Assembly: GCA_949282555.1 (NCBI GenBank) | Contig: CASDPK010000011.1 | Span: 2,896-66,895, forward strand | Origin: an uncultured Lentisphaeraceae bacterium | GTDB taxonomy: Bacteria > Verrucomicrobiota > Kiritimatiellia > RFP12 > DVOR01 | DNA length: 64,000 nucleotides | Direction: 5' to 3' | Part shown: positions 11,160 to 20,674 of the stretch, in pieces | Position numbering within the stretch: position 1 is the first letter of the stretch | Layout: each line of letters begins with the position of its first letter | Program-made: the position numbers and the translations under genes | Notes under the pieces: generated by a model | What the model was told of the DNA's origin: nothing | Databases searched by the model: none | The model's input: only the letters and a program-made list of their open reading frames with translations

Positions 11160-11705
11160 ATGTCCAATCAGAAGAAACGCCCCGAGATCGTTGCCATCTA
11201 CAAGGAAGTCTCTGAGTTCCTCGCGGGTAAGGAGTTCTCCTTCCTGCTGAACTTCGGTGGCCTTACGGTGGCCCAGATCGCCGATCTCCGCCGTCAGCTC
11301 GCCTCCAAGGGCGCGGGCATGATGGTGATCAAGAACACGTTCATCGCCAAGATTGCCGCCGAGCAGGGCATTGCGTTCCCCGAAGGCGTGCTCACGGGCC
11401 CCACCGCGGTGATCACCGGCACCGGTGACATCGCCGACACCGCCAAGACCGTGGTTGACTTCGTCAAGAAGAACGACAAGGCCACGATCAAGGCCGGCTT
11501 GATGGAGAAGAACGTGATCACCTCCGCCGAGGTCACGACGCTCTCCGAGCTCATCTCGCTCGCCGCCCAGCAGGCCCGCCTGCTCGGCACCCTCCAGGCT
11601 CCCGCCTCCCAGATGGCCCGCGTGTTGCAGGCCAAGGTGGACAAGGAGGGCGAAGGCGCTCCCGCTTCCGCCGAAGGCTCCGCCGACGGCACCCCTGCGG
11701 CCTAA
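11160..11705 (+). CDS. rplJ: 50S ribosomal protein L10
   Basis: L10 family sequence, in the position between rplA and rplL. Confidence 0.9.
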   Translation: MSNQKKRPEIVAIYKEVSEFLAGKEFSFLLNFGGLTVAQIADLRRQLASKGAGMMVIKNTFIAKIAAEQGIAFPEGVLTGPTAVITGTGDIADTAKTVVDFVKKNDKATIKAGLMEKNVITSAEVTTLSELISLAAQQARLLGTLQAPASQMARVLQAKVDKEGEGAPASAEGSADGTPAA

Positions 11706-11817
11706 ACAGCCGTGTCGTAAAACCGCGTTGGGCGGTGTGCCCTTTGAGGACGCCGCCTGATGCATCCCCCTCCCGGGGCAAGACCCCGGGCGGTTACACC
11801 AAAGAAAGAAGAAGAAC

Positions 11818-12183
11818 ATGACCCAGGAAGAAATCATTGAAGCCCTCTCCGGCATGACCGTGCTGCAGATCGCTGACCTCGTCAAGGCCCTCGAAGAGAA
11901 GTGGGGCGTTTCCGCCGCCGCTCCCGTGGCCGTGGCCGCCGCTGGCGCCGGTGCCGCTCCTGCCGAGGAGAAGACCGAGTTCGACGTCATCCTCGCCGAG
12001 GCTGGTGCCAACAAGATCGCCGTCATCAAGGAAGTCCGCACCATCACCGGTCTGGGCCTCAAGGATGCCAAGGATCTCGTCGAAGGCGCTCCCAAGCCTG
12101 TCAAGCAGGGCGTCGCCAAGGACGAAGCCGCCAAGATCAAGGAAGCCCTCGAGAAGGCGGGTGCCAAGGTCGAGGTCAAGTAA
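11818..12183 (+). CDS. rplL: 50S ribosomal protein L7/L12
   Basis: Ala-rich hinge, C-terminal [12 protein letters not shown]...[14 protein letters not shown]. Confidence 0.95.
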   Translation: MTQEEIIEALSGMTVLQIADLVKALEEKWGVSAAAPVAVAAAGAGAAPAEEKTEFDVILAEAGANKIAVIKEVRTITGLGLKDAKDLVEGAPKPVKQGVAKDEAAKIKEALEKAGAKVEVK

Positions 12184-12204
12184 GACCTTTTGCTGGCTAT
12201 TCAG

Positions 12205-12238
12205 AAAGCCTCGCGCAATCGCGCGAGGCTTTTTTCGT
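12205..12238 (+). terminator. rho-independent terminator after rplL
   Basis: agcctcgcgc-aatc-gcgcgaggct hairpin followed by ttttt. Confidence 0.7.
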
Positions 12239-12649
12239 ATCCTGAGGCTTTCCGAATCCTAAGAAAACTCCGTGTGCTAGAGTCTCTCAAAAGGAGAACG
12301 GACGCTCCCGCAACCATCTCGCCCGCAGGCCACATCGAGAGGCTCCGTATCGGAAGGGAGGGTGCTCTGTCTCCACAAGGGAGGATACGGAGGGAATGGA
12401 ACGAAGGGAAGGTGGGAAAAGGTATGACTTTTAACGTCTGACCTTTTTTGCTCAAACGGTTTGCTCACATCATCTGACGAAGCGCTTATGTTCACACACG
12501 AGTTGCACAATCACTCCTTGTATGTGATACCATAGGCGCATGGTGTTTGCGGGAGCATGTGCATGGACGTTGAGAAGGGCGATGCATGGCCTTTTCGGTC
12601 GTAGCGCCAGAACGACGAGTCATACGGCGATACTCTAGGAGGTCACACA

Positions 12650-13173
12650 TGAATCTGCTTATGTTCGTTCTTTTTTGTGTCACATTTTTCCTTCTTGCAA
12701 GCGTTGCGTTCTCATCTTCCGTGACGAAAATTCTGGTATTGCTTCGCGATAGGACAATTTTTCAAGTTTATTGCTCGTTTATTCTTATAAGTTTCCTTAT
12801 GTCCCTTTCATTTGCCATTACGAATCTTACGCCGTGGTATCGGGTCTATTTGGTTCTTGTTCACGTTCTTTTCATTCCTTCATACGCGCTTGTGTTCGAT
12901 CAAGGATATCCGTACAAAAACGTTGTCAAGCGCTTGTTACTTTTGCCCTTTCTTCTCCAAATTTTCTTTGTCCTGGCGAATTGGGACAAGGAGCCTTCTT
13001 TCTTTGCTTACCTTTGGTTTCCCTTTTGTCTTGGTGAATACAATCCTTTTCCTCTTTCATCAATCATGGGGCTTTTGGGAATGTCGTTTTTCTTGTACTT
13101 TGACAAACGCTGGAGATGCGGTACACCATCAAGCACCCGTTCCCGAGGGAGACGGAGAAATGGAGCGTCCTGA
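12650..13173 (+). CDS. hypothetical polytopic membrane protein (low-GC island)
   Basis: Hydrophobic Leu/Phe-rich ORF with an AT-rich codon composition unlike the neighbouring genes. It may be a remnant. Confidence 0.3.
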
Positions 13174-13927
13174 TGTCCTCAACGTGTTTGACAAAATCCT
13201 CGCGACTTGTATGCCCGATGAGAGAACGTGCCCGAGACTCTCTCGTGCGTAGGTAGTGACACTCAACCTAGGAGCCAAGCGATGAATTTGCCTTGCACCG
13301 TTTTTCTCTCTTGAGTGTATCGATATTTGCGATCCATGTGCAAGGCTGTCGACCTAGCCGTGTGGAAACGTTTGCAGAGGAAGAGGTCTGTCTGGATGGG
13401 GAAGTCGTCAAAATCCTCTGTCGAGAGGTCGTTTTTCCTTTACCTGTTGTCTATTACGCGACGTCGCCCCTCCCCATTTATGGTCGTTGGGAATGTGACG
13501 AAGGATGGCATTGGGGGACAACGCCCTATCCGAATGCCGTGGTAAACCTTCGCTATATCTCGTGAGATGGTCTCTTTTCGGAGGTTTACAACGGGTATAC
13601 AATCCTTGATGGCCTTCTTTTTGGCTTACGTGCCGGAGTCCATGGGGTCACGCCTTGTGCGCCTCGGGCGAACCATAAAGACGAAAGCATGGGGAAAACC
13701 ATCCAAAATACCCGTGTTGCGGACGGTCGTGTCGTTGGATATCGCACGGACGTGCCAAGCGGCTACGAGTGGCCATGGGATTTTTGGGGAGCGGTCTTTT
13801 CTGGCTTGGTTCGTCTAATACTCGTCTATCATTCTTCCTTCTTCGCTTCGTTCAGGTGTGCAATACTATTATGGAAGGAGTTCAACGTTGCCGACGTGGA
13901 AGGGGCCTTTTGTTATAATTTAATCAT

Positions 13928-14842
13928 ATGAAGGTGGTTCACTTTTTCGAGTATTTGCTCCTTGCAGGGCTTTGGTGGCTCTACCGGCTGGTTCCCGTGC
14001 GCTGGGCGTATGGGATCGGGTGGGGGATTGGAGCGGGGGCTTTTGCGTTGCTTCGTGGGACGCGCCGCGCGCGGGTGGCCACGGACAATGTGTTGATCGC
14101 CGGACTTGCGAAGACGCGCCGGGAGGCTTACCGCATCGCCCGCAATTCCTCGGGGCATTTCGTTGGGCATGTCTGCGAGGCTTTGCGGGCCTCCGAAGTG
14201 GTCACGCGGGAGAATTGGCGTGATTACGTGGAGATTGAGATGTCCCCGGCTTCGCGCGAATTGTTGTTTTCGCCTTCGGGGCCTGTGATTTTGGCGACGG
14301 GGCATTTGGGCTCTTGGGAGGCGGGCATCACCGCAATCGTGAGTGCCCGGCCGATGCTTGCGGTGGCTCGGATGATGGACAATGGCTATGTGCAGCGGTT
14401 CCTTGAGCGGCACAATTTCCGCGGAGGGATTACCATCCTTTCCAAGCGTAATGGCTTTTCGGGGTCGCTGATGCATCGTTGGAAGGAGACGCGCGCGGCG
14501 CTGACGATTCTCTTCGATCAGTGGTGCAGTTCCGGGGTGCCGGTTCCGTTCTTTGGACACACGGTCCCTGCCTACACATCGCCGGCGCGCCTCCATGTCA
14601 GGACGGGGGCTCCGGTGATCGTGGGCGGCTTTTTGCGGACGGGGACGTTGCGTTATAAGATGGTGGCCATTGGCGACCCCATCGTGGCGGTGCCGGAGGG
14701 TGAGCATGATGTTGTGCTGCGCGACCTTACGGCGGAGATGATCCGCCGTCTTGAAACGGTCATTCGCATGGCTCCGGAGCAGTACCTTTGGATTCATCGC
14801 CGTTGGCGGGGCATTCCGGTGCCAGAGGTGCCGAAGCGATGA
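13928..14842 (+). CDS. lipid A biosynthesis acyltransferase (LpxL/HtrB lysophospholipid acyltransferase family)
   Basis: N-terminal TM anchor, HLGSWE (HX4D/E-type) motif, and length and pattern typical of the lauroyl/myristoyl acyltransferase family. Confidence 0.65.
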   Translation: MKVVHFFEYLLLAGLWWLYRLVPVRWAYGIGWGIGAGAFALLRGTRRARVATDNVLIAGLAKTRREAYRIARNSSGHFVGHVCEALRASEVVTRENWRDYVEIEMSPASRELLFSPSGPVILATGHLGSWEAGITAIVSARPMLAVARMMDNGYVQRFLERHNFRGGITILSKRNGFSGSLMHRWKETRAALTILFDQWCSSGVPVPFFGHTVPAYTSPARLHVRTGAPVIVGGFLRTGTLRYKMVAIGDPIVAVPEGEHDVVLRDLTAEMIRRLETVIRMAPEQYLWIHRRWRGIPVPEVPKR

Positions 14843-15165
14843 GCGGTTGGTATCAGCCGGCGGATGAGCGCCATATTCGCCGAGAGCGTGAGCGTGCCCG
14901 GGCGTTGCGCGCTTCATCGTGGTGGAAGGAACAGCTTGCAAAGGGGGAGTGCCATTATTGTCACGGGCATTTCCCGCCGGATCAGCTCACGATGGATCAT
15001 GTCATTCCGGTGGCTCGGGGGGGACGGTCGGATCGCTCGAACGTTGTCCCCGCGTGTTTTTCCTGCAATCAGGCGAAATCCGCCCAAACGCCCGCGGAAC
15101 AGATCCTTGACCAGCTTGGCCTTGGGGATGAGCCGGACCCGTGGGATCTTCCGGATTTCCCCTAG
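14839..15165 (+). CDS. HNH endonuclease (small stand-alone)
   Basis: CHYCHGHF...DHVIPVARGG...NVVPACFSCNQAK is an HNH/zinc-finger nuclease motif. The ATGA start overlaps the upstream stop. Confidence 0.75.
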   Translation: MSGWYQPADERHIRRERERARALRASSWWKEQLAKGECHYCHGHFPPDQLTMDHVIPVARGGRSDRSNVVPACFSCNQAKSAQTPAEQILDQLGLGDEPDPWDLPDFP

Positions 15166-15253
15166 GGCGGGGGTGGCCGTTGCGCGGAGATTGCCTGTGG
15201 AGCCCTCGTGGAGGGATACGCGGGATGGCGAAAGTTGATATACTGGACAGTTC

Positions 15254-15877
15254 ATGGAACCCATTGTGAGAAAGAGGCGTCTGATGAAGCCGTTGCTGAT
15301 TGTGATGAGCGCGCCGAGCGGGGCGGGTAAGAGCACGCTGTGCGATTTGTTGTTGCAGGAATTCCCGGAAATCACCTATTCCGTTTCGTGCACCACGCGT
15401 GCGCCGCGTGGGCAGGAGGAGGATGGCATCGATTATTTCTTCCTTTCCAAGGAGGAGTTCGACCGCCGCGTGCGTGAGGGGCTTTTGTTGGAGCATGCCA
15501 CGGTGCACGGGAATCTTTACGGCACGCCGGCCGATCCGGTGCGTGAGGCGTTCGCCGAGGGCCAGAGCGTTTTGATGGATATCGACGTGGCGGGTGCGGC
15601 GCAGGTGCGCGAGGCCGTGGCGAAATTGCCTCCGGGGGACCCGCTGCGGGAGGGCTTTGTGGATATCTTCGTGGAACCGCCGGACATGGAGGAGCTCCGT
15701 CGGCGCTTGGAGGGCCGCGGGGAGGATGCGCCCGAAACGATTGAACTGCGCTTGCGCAATGCGCAGGGAGAGATGGATCGTGCGGGGGAATTCACCTATC
15801 GTGTGGTGAATGACGATTTGGACATGGCCTATCGTCGGCTGCGGGATATCTTGTTGGTCAAGAGCGGCGTGCTGTAA
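15254..15877 (+). CDS. gmk: guanylate kinase
   Basis: P-loop SAPSGAGKST and a characteristic TTR...YYF segment. The start may be the internal ATG at 15284. Confidence 0.9.
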   Translation: MEPIVRKRRLMKPLLIVMSAPSGAGKSTLCDLLLQEFPEITYSVSCTTRAPRGQEEDGIDYFFLSKEEFDRRVREGLLLEHATVHGNLYGTPADPVREAFAEGQSVLMDIDVAGAAQVREAVAKLPPGDPLREGFVDIFVEPPDMEELRRRLEGRGEDAPETIELRLRNAQGEMDRAGEFTYRVVNDDLDMAYRRLRDILLVKSGVL

Positions 15878-15888
15878 GGGTCGGAGGC

Positions 15889-16497
15889 GTGGCGATGACG
15901 GAGCAGCAGACGTGCATGGATGAGGCCGCCGTGCGGCCCTCTGAGCCCCCGAAGGTGCTTTTGGGCGTGACGGGGGCGATCGCGTGCTACAAGGTGTGCA
16001 CGTTGGTGCGGCGGATGGTTTGCGCGGGCTGGCAGGTGCGGGTGGTCCCGACGCCGTGCGCGCTGGATTTTGTCGGCGAGATCACGTGGCGGACGCTGTC
16101 CCAACACCCCGTGGAGCGGAGCGCGTTTGCCGAGTCGGCGGATTGGCACCCTCGGCACATTGAACTTGCGGGATGGTGTGACCTCTTTGTCGTGGCGCCG
16201 TGCTCGGCCAACACGATGGCGAAGCTGGCCCATGGGCTGGCGGACAATTTGCTGACGCAGGCGGCGCTGGCGTGTCGGAAACCGTTGGTGCTGGCTCCCG
16301 CGATGAATGCGGACATGTGGGCGCATCCTGCCACGCAGGCGAATGCCGAGACGCTCAAGGCGCGCGGGGTGAGGTTGCTCGACCCGGAGGTCGGGGAGCT
16401 GGCCTGCGGCGTGCGCGGGACGGGGCGTTTGCCGGGGCCCGACGCCCTCTTTTCCGCTTTGCAGACGCTTCTTCTCGGAGGGAAGTCGGAACGATGA
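15889..16497 (+). CDS. coaC: flavoprotein, phosphopantothenoylcysteine decarboxylase-like (CoaC domain only)
   Basis: LLGVTGAIACYK flavin-binding N-terminus and a PAMN motif. About 200 aa with no CoaB half. Confidence 0.7.
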   Translation: MAMTEQQTCMDEAAVRPSEPPKVLLGVTGAIACYKVCTLVRRMVCAGWQVRVVPTPCALDFVGEITWRTLSQHPVERSAFAESADWHPRHIELAGWCDLFVVAPCSANTMAKLAHGLADNLLTQAALACRKPLVLAPAMNADMWAHPATQANAETLKARGVRLLDPEVGELACGVRGTGRLPGPDALFSALQTLLLGGKSER

Positions 16498-17075
16498 AGT
16501 GTGAGCTGTGCCATCAAAACGATGCTGAGACCGTCCTTTGGCGGGCCGGGAAGGACGGCCGCAAGGAGGAGCTCTACGTCTGCCATGCGTGCGCAGAACG
16601 GGAGAGGGCCTTTGGTCAGGAACGCGGCGTGCAGGTGGCGGCGATGGAGGCCGACGCGGCTCCCAACCCCGGGAAGCCTCCGGCAGGGCTGGAGACTTTG
16701 GGCCTTCCGAAAGAGGTTTTTGGGCAGTTGGGGGAGATGTTCGGCCGCCTTTCGGAGAAATTGGGGGCCGAGGGGGAGACGCGCTGTCCGCGCTGTGGCG
16801 CCTCCGCGGATGATTTGCGGGCGCTGGGCATGATGGGATGCGCACAGTGCTACAAGACCTTTCGGAAGCCGCTCATGCGGCAACTTGACGAGACACAGCA
16901 GTGCTTGGACTATCGGGGCGATCCCTTCCCGGGGCGTGAGCGTGAGCGCAACCTGAAACGGTTGGAAGAGCTCCGGCGTGCGGCGGTGGCCCGCGAGGAT
17001 TATGCCGAGGCCAAGCGCTTGACGGAGGAAATCCTCCGCCTGAAGGGTGGGGAGGAGGATGGGCATGGCGCGTAA
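16494..17075 (+). CDS. mcsA: McsA-like protein (zinc-finger + UVR-motif activator of protein arginine kinase)
   Basis: Two CxxC-x(n)-CxxC zinc-finger pairs (CELCH...CHAC, CPRCG...CAQC) and a C-terminal UvrB/C motif LEELRRAAVAREDYAEAKRLTEEILRLK. ATGA overlap with coaC. Confidence 0.6.
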   Translation: MKCELCHQNDAETVLWRAGKDGRKEELYVCHACAERERAFGQERGVQVAAMEADAAPNPGKPPAGLETLGLPKEVFGQLGEMFGRLSEKLGAEGETRCPRCGASADDLRALGMMGCAQCYKTFRKPLMRQLDETQQCLDYRGDPFPGRERERNLKRLEELRRAAVAREDYAEAKRLTEEILRLKGGEEDGHGA

Positions 17076-18165
17076 ACGCAGCTCGAAAGCCTCCGAGGAA
17101 AATCTCCCCTTGTTCTGCGTGAAGACGCAGATTTCGTTTGTGCGCAATGTGTCCGGTGCGCCGTTCCCGCTCCGGATGGCCCCTCAGGCGGCGAAGGCGT
17201 TGGGGAAGCAATTGGCCGCGTGGGTGGCGAAATTCGTCGCCCGTGCCGAGGATCTCACGGAGGATGCCCTTTTGGCGGATGCCGGTGAGGTGGTCTATGG
17301 CCTGACCCCGCGCAAGGAGCGGGGGCCGGGGTATCGTCTGTTGCGGCTGACGTCGTCCGACGGATTGGTGGTGTGGTGCGAGCTGATGAGCGCCAACCAT
17401 CTGACCTTTTCGGTGTGCGGGGATTTTCTCGATTTCGGTGCGCGGACGGAGGCTTTGCGGCACTTCGTGGATGCCTTGGCGGAGCCTGTGGGCTTTGCGT
17501 ATGATGAGCGGCTGGGCTATCTCACGGCGCAGACGTCGCTGGTTGGCACGGGATTGCGCATTCGGAGCTGGATGCATTTGGGCGGCCTGGCGCATTTTGG
17601 GTATCTGCGCGAATTGTGCAATGCGGCCGAGGCCAAGGGCACCTATGTGGAGCTGGAACATCCGGACAATCCTCCGCCGGGGAGCTTGCTCATTTTGTTC
17701 AACCGTTTCTCGCTGGGGGCCAGGGCGGAGGAGATCGCCGAGCGGCATCGGGCGTTCCTTTTGCGGGTTTCCGAGCAAGAGACGGAGGCGCGGTGGCGGC
17801 TCATACGCGACGAGCCTTTCGTCTTTTTGGATGTCTTGAATCGGGCGAAGGCGACGCTGAGGTGCGCCACGCTGATGAGTGAGGCGGAGGCCTTGGACTT
17901 GCTGTCGGATCTCCGCATCGGCTTGACTTCCGGAATGATCATGGCGCGGAGGGTGAATCCGCTCGTGCCGGGGTGGTTTGACGACGTTCGCGAGGGCGTT
18001 TTCTTCAACAAGCATGGGCGCCTTCTGCGGCGTCGCCTGCCATTGCCGCATGATGTGGACACCTTCACCCCGTGGCGGGACGATGCGTTGCGGGCGGCGT
18101 GGATGCGCCCGTTGTCGTCTTTTACTTTCTCCAAGGAGCTTGTCGAATGGGCTGCAGAACAATGA
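17047..18165 (+). CDS. mcsB: McsB-like ATP:guanido phosphotransferase (protein arginine kinase family)
   Basis: Colinear with Bacillus McsB, including the YLT..xxxxxGTGLR phosphagen-kinase signature (here YLTAQTSLVGTGLRIRSW). The signature Cys is replaced. The start may be the ATG at 17065. Confidence 0.6.
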   Translation: MGRRMGMARKRSSKASEENLPLFCVKTQISFVRNVSGAPFPLRMAPQAAKALGKQLAAWVAKFVARAEDLTEDALLADAGEVVYGLTPRKERGPGYRLLRLTSSDGLVVWCELMSANHLTFSVCGDFLDFGARTEALRHFVDALAEPVGFAYDERLGYLTAQTSLVGTGLRIRSWMHLGGLAHFGYLRELCNAAEAKGTYVELEHPDNPPPGSLLILFNRFSLGARAEEIAERHRAFLLRVSEQETEARWRLIRDEPFVFLDVLNRAKATLRCATLMSEAEALDLLSDLRIGLTSGMIMARRVNPLVPGWFDDVREGVFFNKHGRLLRRRLPLPHDVDTFTPWRDDALRAAWMRPLSSFTFSKELVEWAAEQ

Positions 18166-18947
18166 GCAGAAGGTTTCGTTCCCTTGCGTCCCTCGTTGCC
18201 GCGGTGTGCCTCGCCGTGGGGGGGCTCCGCGCGGAAAATGCCACCGACGGTCTGACGCCGGGGCAGTTGTTGGTGCAGGCCCGGGGAATGTTCCCGAGTG
18301 AGCGAATGGAGATTTCCGGGACGCTGGAGACCGCCGAGGCCCGCGGGATGAATGCGACGGTGCGGCCGTATACGCTCACGTTGGATTGGTCGGGCGGCGT
18401 GCCGAAGGCCGATTGCCGTTTGTTCCAGGCGGAGGGAAGCGCGAAACCGTTGGTCCATGCGGAATTGACGCGGCGGGCGGGGAAACCGGAGTTGGCGCTG
18501 ATCGATGCGGATGGAAAGCGCACCGAGGGCGTCCGGTTGAATCTTCCCGTCGGCGAGAGTGACCTCACGTGGATGGATTTGGCGTTCGATTATCTTTGGT
18601 GGCCCAATGCGCGGCGACTCGCGGAAGGGGAAATCCCGGAAGGTGAGCGTGTGAGTGGACGCTCGTGCGTGGTGCTGGAGGTGAAGTCTCCCGCGCCGGT
18701 GCCGGGCTTGGGGGCCGTGCGGTTGTGGCTGGACAAGGCCACGGGCAGTTTGTTGCAGACGCAGCAGCTGGATGAGACCGGCCGCCCCACGCGGCTGATG
18801 TGGGTGCAGCGGGTTGGCCGAGAGGAGGGGCGTTGGGTGCCGCGGCTCTTCCGGATTCGCCGGGAGGGAATGCGGCGGATGACGTCGTTGCGGGTGGATT
18901 CCGTCCATGCGGAAGCCTTTTCGGTTGGGAAGGAGGGCAACCCATGA
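18162..18947 (+). CDS. LolA-like outer-membrane lipoprotein-sorting/carrier-family periplasmic protein
   Basis: Signal peptide and a LolA-like fold pattern (DLTWMDLAFDYLWWPN...VRLWLDKATGSL). ATGA overlap with the mcsB-like gene. Confidence 0.45.
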   Translation: MSRRFRSLASLVAAVCLAVGGLRAENATDGLTPGQLLVQARGMFPSERMEISGTLETAEARGMNATVRPYTLTLDWSGGVPKADCRLFQAEGSAKPLVHAELTRRAGKPELALIDADGKRTEGVRLNLPVGESDLTWMDLAFDYLWWPNARRLAEGEIPEGERVSGRSCVVLEVKSPAPVPGLGAVRLWLDKATGSLLQTQQLDETGRPTRLMWVQRVGREEGRWVPRLFRIRREGMRRMTSLRVDSVHAEAFSVGKEGNP

Positions 18948-20107
18948 GTGAGGAGCGCCAGCGCCTGACGTTCACTCCGGCGCAGAACCGCATCATCACC
19001 GGCTCATTGGCTTTGCTGTGCGGCGTGGCCATGGCCGTGGGGTGCTTGTTGCTGTTGTGGCTTTTGTTGCAGGGATTGGGGTACTTCCTGCACATTGTCG
19101 GCCCGGTGATCGTGGCCTTTTTCCTGAGCCTGCTCACGCGTCCGTGGTATGCGCGGTTGCGGCGGTGGTTTGGCGGGCGCGATGTGCCGGCGGTGTTGGC
19201 GTTCTCGCTTTCGTTCTTGGTGCCGATTGCGCTGCTTTGCTGGTTTTTTGGGGCGTTCATTGTCGATCAGGGGAGCAACCTCGCGCATGTTCTGCCGAAA
19301 ATCGTCGAGCAGATGCGCGCGTTGCTCACTCGGGCGTTTCCGGAATCCGAGGCGTTGGTGGGGAATCTCCTGCCCAATTTGGCACAGGTGCTTGCGCCCG
19401 ATGGCTCGGTGTCGCTGGCGAAATTGGTGGAGGTGGCCGGCAAGGGCGTGCATGTGGGCGGGGCCGTCTTTTCCGCGGGTTCCGCGGCATTGCTGTGGTT
19501 GCTGACCTTTTTCTATTGGATCATCTTCGTGATGCAGGCGCCGCTGACGGGTGAAGGGTTCGCCGCCTGTCTGCCCTTCCTGAGCGGGCATGGCCGAGAG
19601 GCCGTGGCGCGGCATTTCCGGAGTTTCAGCGAAATCATTGTCTCCTACTTCCGTGGGCAGATCATCGACGTGATCATCCAAGGATTTCTCTATGGCACGG
19701 CGTTTCAGGTGATGGGGCTCCCCAATGGGTTCATCATCGGCTTTGTGCTTGGATTGCTGAATCTGATCCCGTATCTCGGGGTCATGTCGGGCCTGTGTGT
19801 GGCTCTCCCGGTGGCCTTCTTCCACGCGGGCCTCGGTTACACGGTGGCCATCTTTGTTGTGTTCTGTTGCATTCAGACCTTCGATGGGTATGTGATGCAA
19901 CCCTACATCCAGGGCGGAAGGATGAAGCTTTCGGCGTGGCAAATTGTCTTTGCGCTTCTTTTCTGGACGCGGCTCGGAGGCTTTTTGGGCCTGCTGTTGG
20001 CCATTCCGCTCACGGCATTCGTGAAGGCTTCTTGGAGCGGTTGGCGCGACACGTCCGAGCGTTTCGTCGGCGTGGCGCCGACCGATTCCCACAAACCCAG
20101 AGGTTGA
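18944..20107 (+). CDS. AI-2E family transporter (PerM/UPF0118)
   Basis: Eight TM helices with the AI-2E architecture (GQIIDVIIQGFLYG..., LIPYLG). ATGA overlap upstream. Confidence 0.7.
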   Translation: MSEERQRLTFTPAQNRIITGSLALLCGVAMAVGCLLLLWLLLQGLGYFLHIVGPVIVAFFLSLLTRPWYARLRRWFGGRDVPAVLAFSLSFLVPIALLCWFFGAFIVDQGSNLAHVLPKIVEQMRALLTRAFPESEALVGNLLPNLAQVLAPDGSVSLAKLVEVAGKGVHVGGAVFSAGSAALLWLLTFFYWIIFVMQAPLTGEGFAACLPFLSGHGREAVARHFRSFSEIIVSYFRGQIIDVIIQGFLYGTAFQVMGLPNGFIIGFVLGLLNLIPYLGVMSGLCVALPVAFFHAGLGYTVAIFVVFCCIQTFDGYVMQPYIQGGRMKLSAWQIVFALLFWTRLGGFLGLLLAIPLTAFVKASWSGWRDTSERFVGVAPTDSHKPRG

Positions 20108-20110
20108 GGA

Positions 20111-20674
20111 ATGAACGAACTTCTGCTTTCCCGTTTGCTTTGCTTGGTTCCGGCGGTCTTGTTCGCCGGGTGTGGGCTGTCCCTGTTTCATCCGGCGGCG
20201 CCGCGTGCGGTGCGTGCTTTGCCGCGCGCCCGAATCCTTGGACGGGTGCTTTCGGCGGCCTGTTGGATTTGGGTCACGGCGGAATTGTGGTTCCACCCCA
20301 TCGATTTTTTGGCCTTCCTGTCGCCGACGATGGTGCTGACGCTTGGCGCGATCTGCATCCCGCTTTCATGGATATTGCTTGAGAACCTGCTTTGTGCGCG
20401 TGCGGTGGGGGGGCTGTTGATGCTCTGGCCCATGCCCGTGATCCTTGCGGTGCGCGACCAAGTGACGGCTTGGCGTCTCGTGCCGGTGACGTTGGGTTAT
20501 GTTTGCCTCACGTTCGGGATGTTCGTGGTGTTTTATCCGTGGCTGATGCGTGTTGTTTGCGACAGGCTGGCCGAGCGGCCCGGCATTCGCCGTGCGGCGG
20601 GAGTGGCGCTGACCATGGCCGGTGCGCTGTGTGTCGCCGCCGCGTTGGCCTTCGGAAAGGTGGTGGGGGAGTGA
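20111..20674 (+). CDS. hypothetical membrane protein
   Basis: Five to six hydrophobic helices. No motif recognised. Confidence 0.4.
   Translation: MNELLLSRLLCLVPAVLFAGCGLSLFHPAAPRAVRALPRARILGRVLSAACWIWVTAELWFHPIDFLAFLSPTMVLTLGAICIPLSWILLENLLCARAVGGLLMLWPMPVILAVRDQVTAWRLVPVTLGYVCLTFGMFVVFYPWLMRVVCDRLAERPGIRRAAGVALTMAGALCVAAALAFGKVVGE

Noticed and set aside
12184-12240. Expected rpoB immediately after rplL
   Set aside because: No RpoB-like translation appears in any frame downstream. A terminator and low-GC DNA follow instead, and this is reported as a finding.
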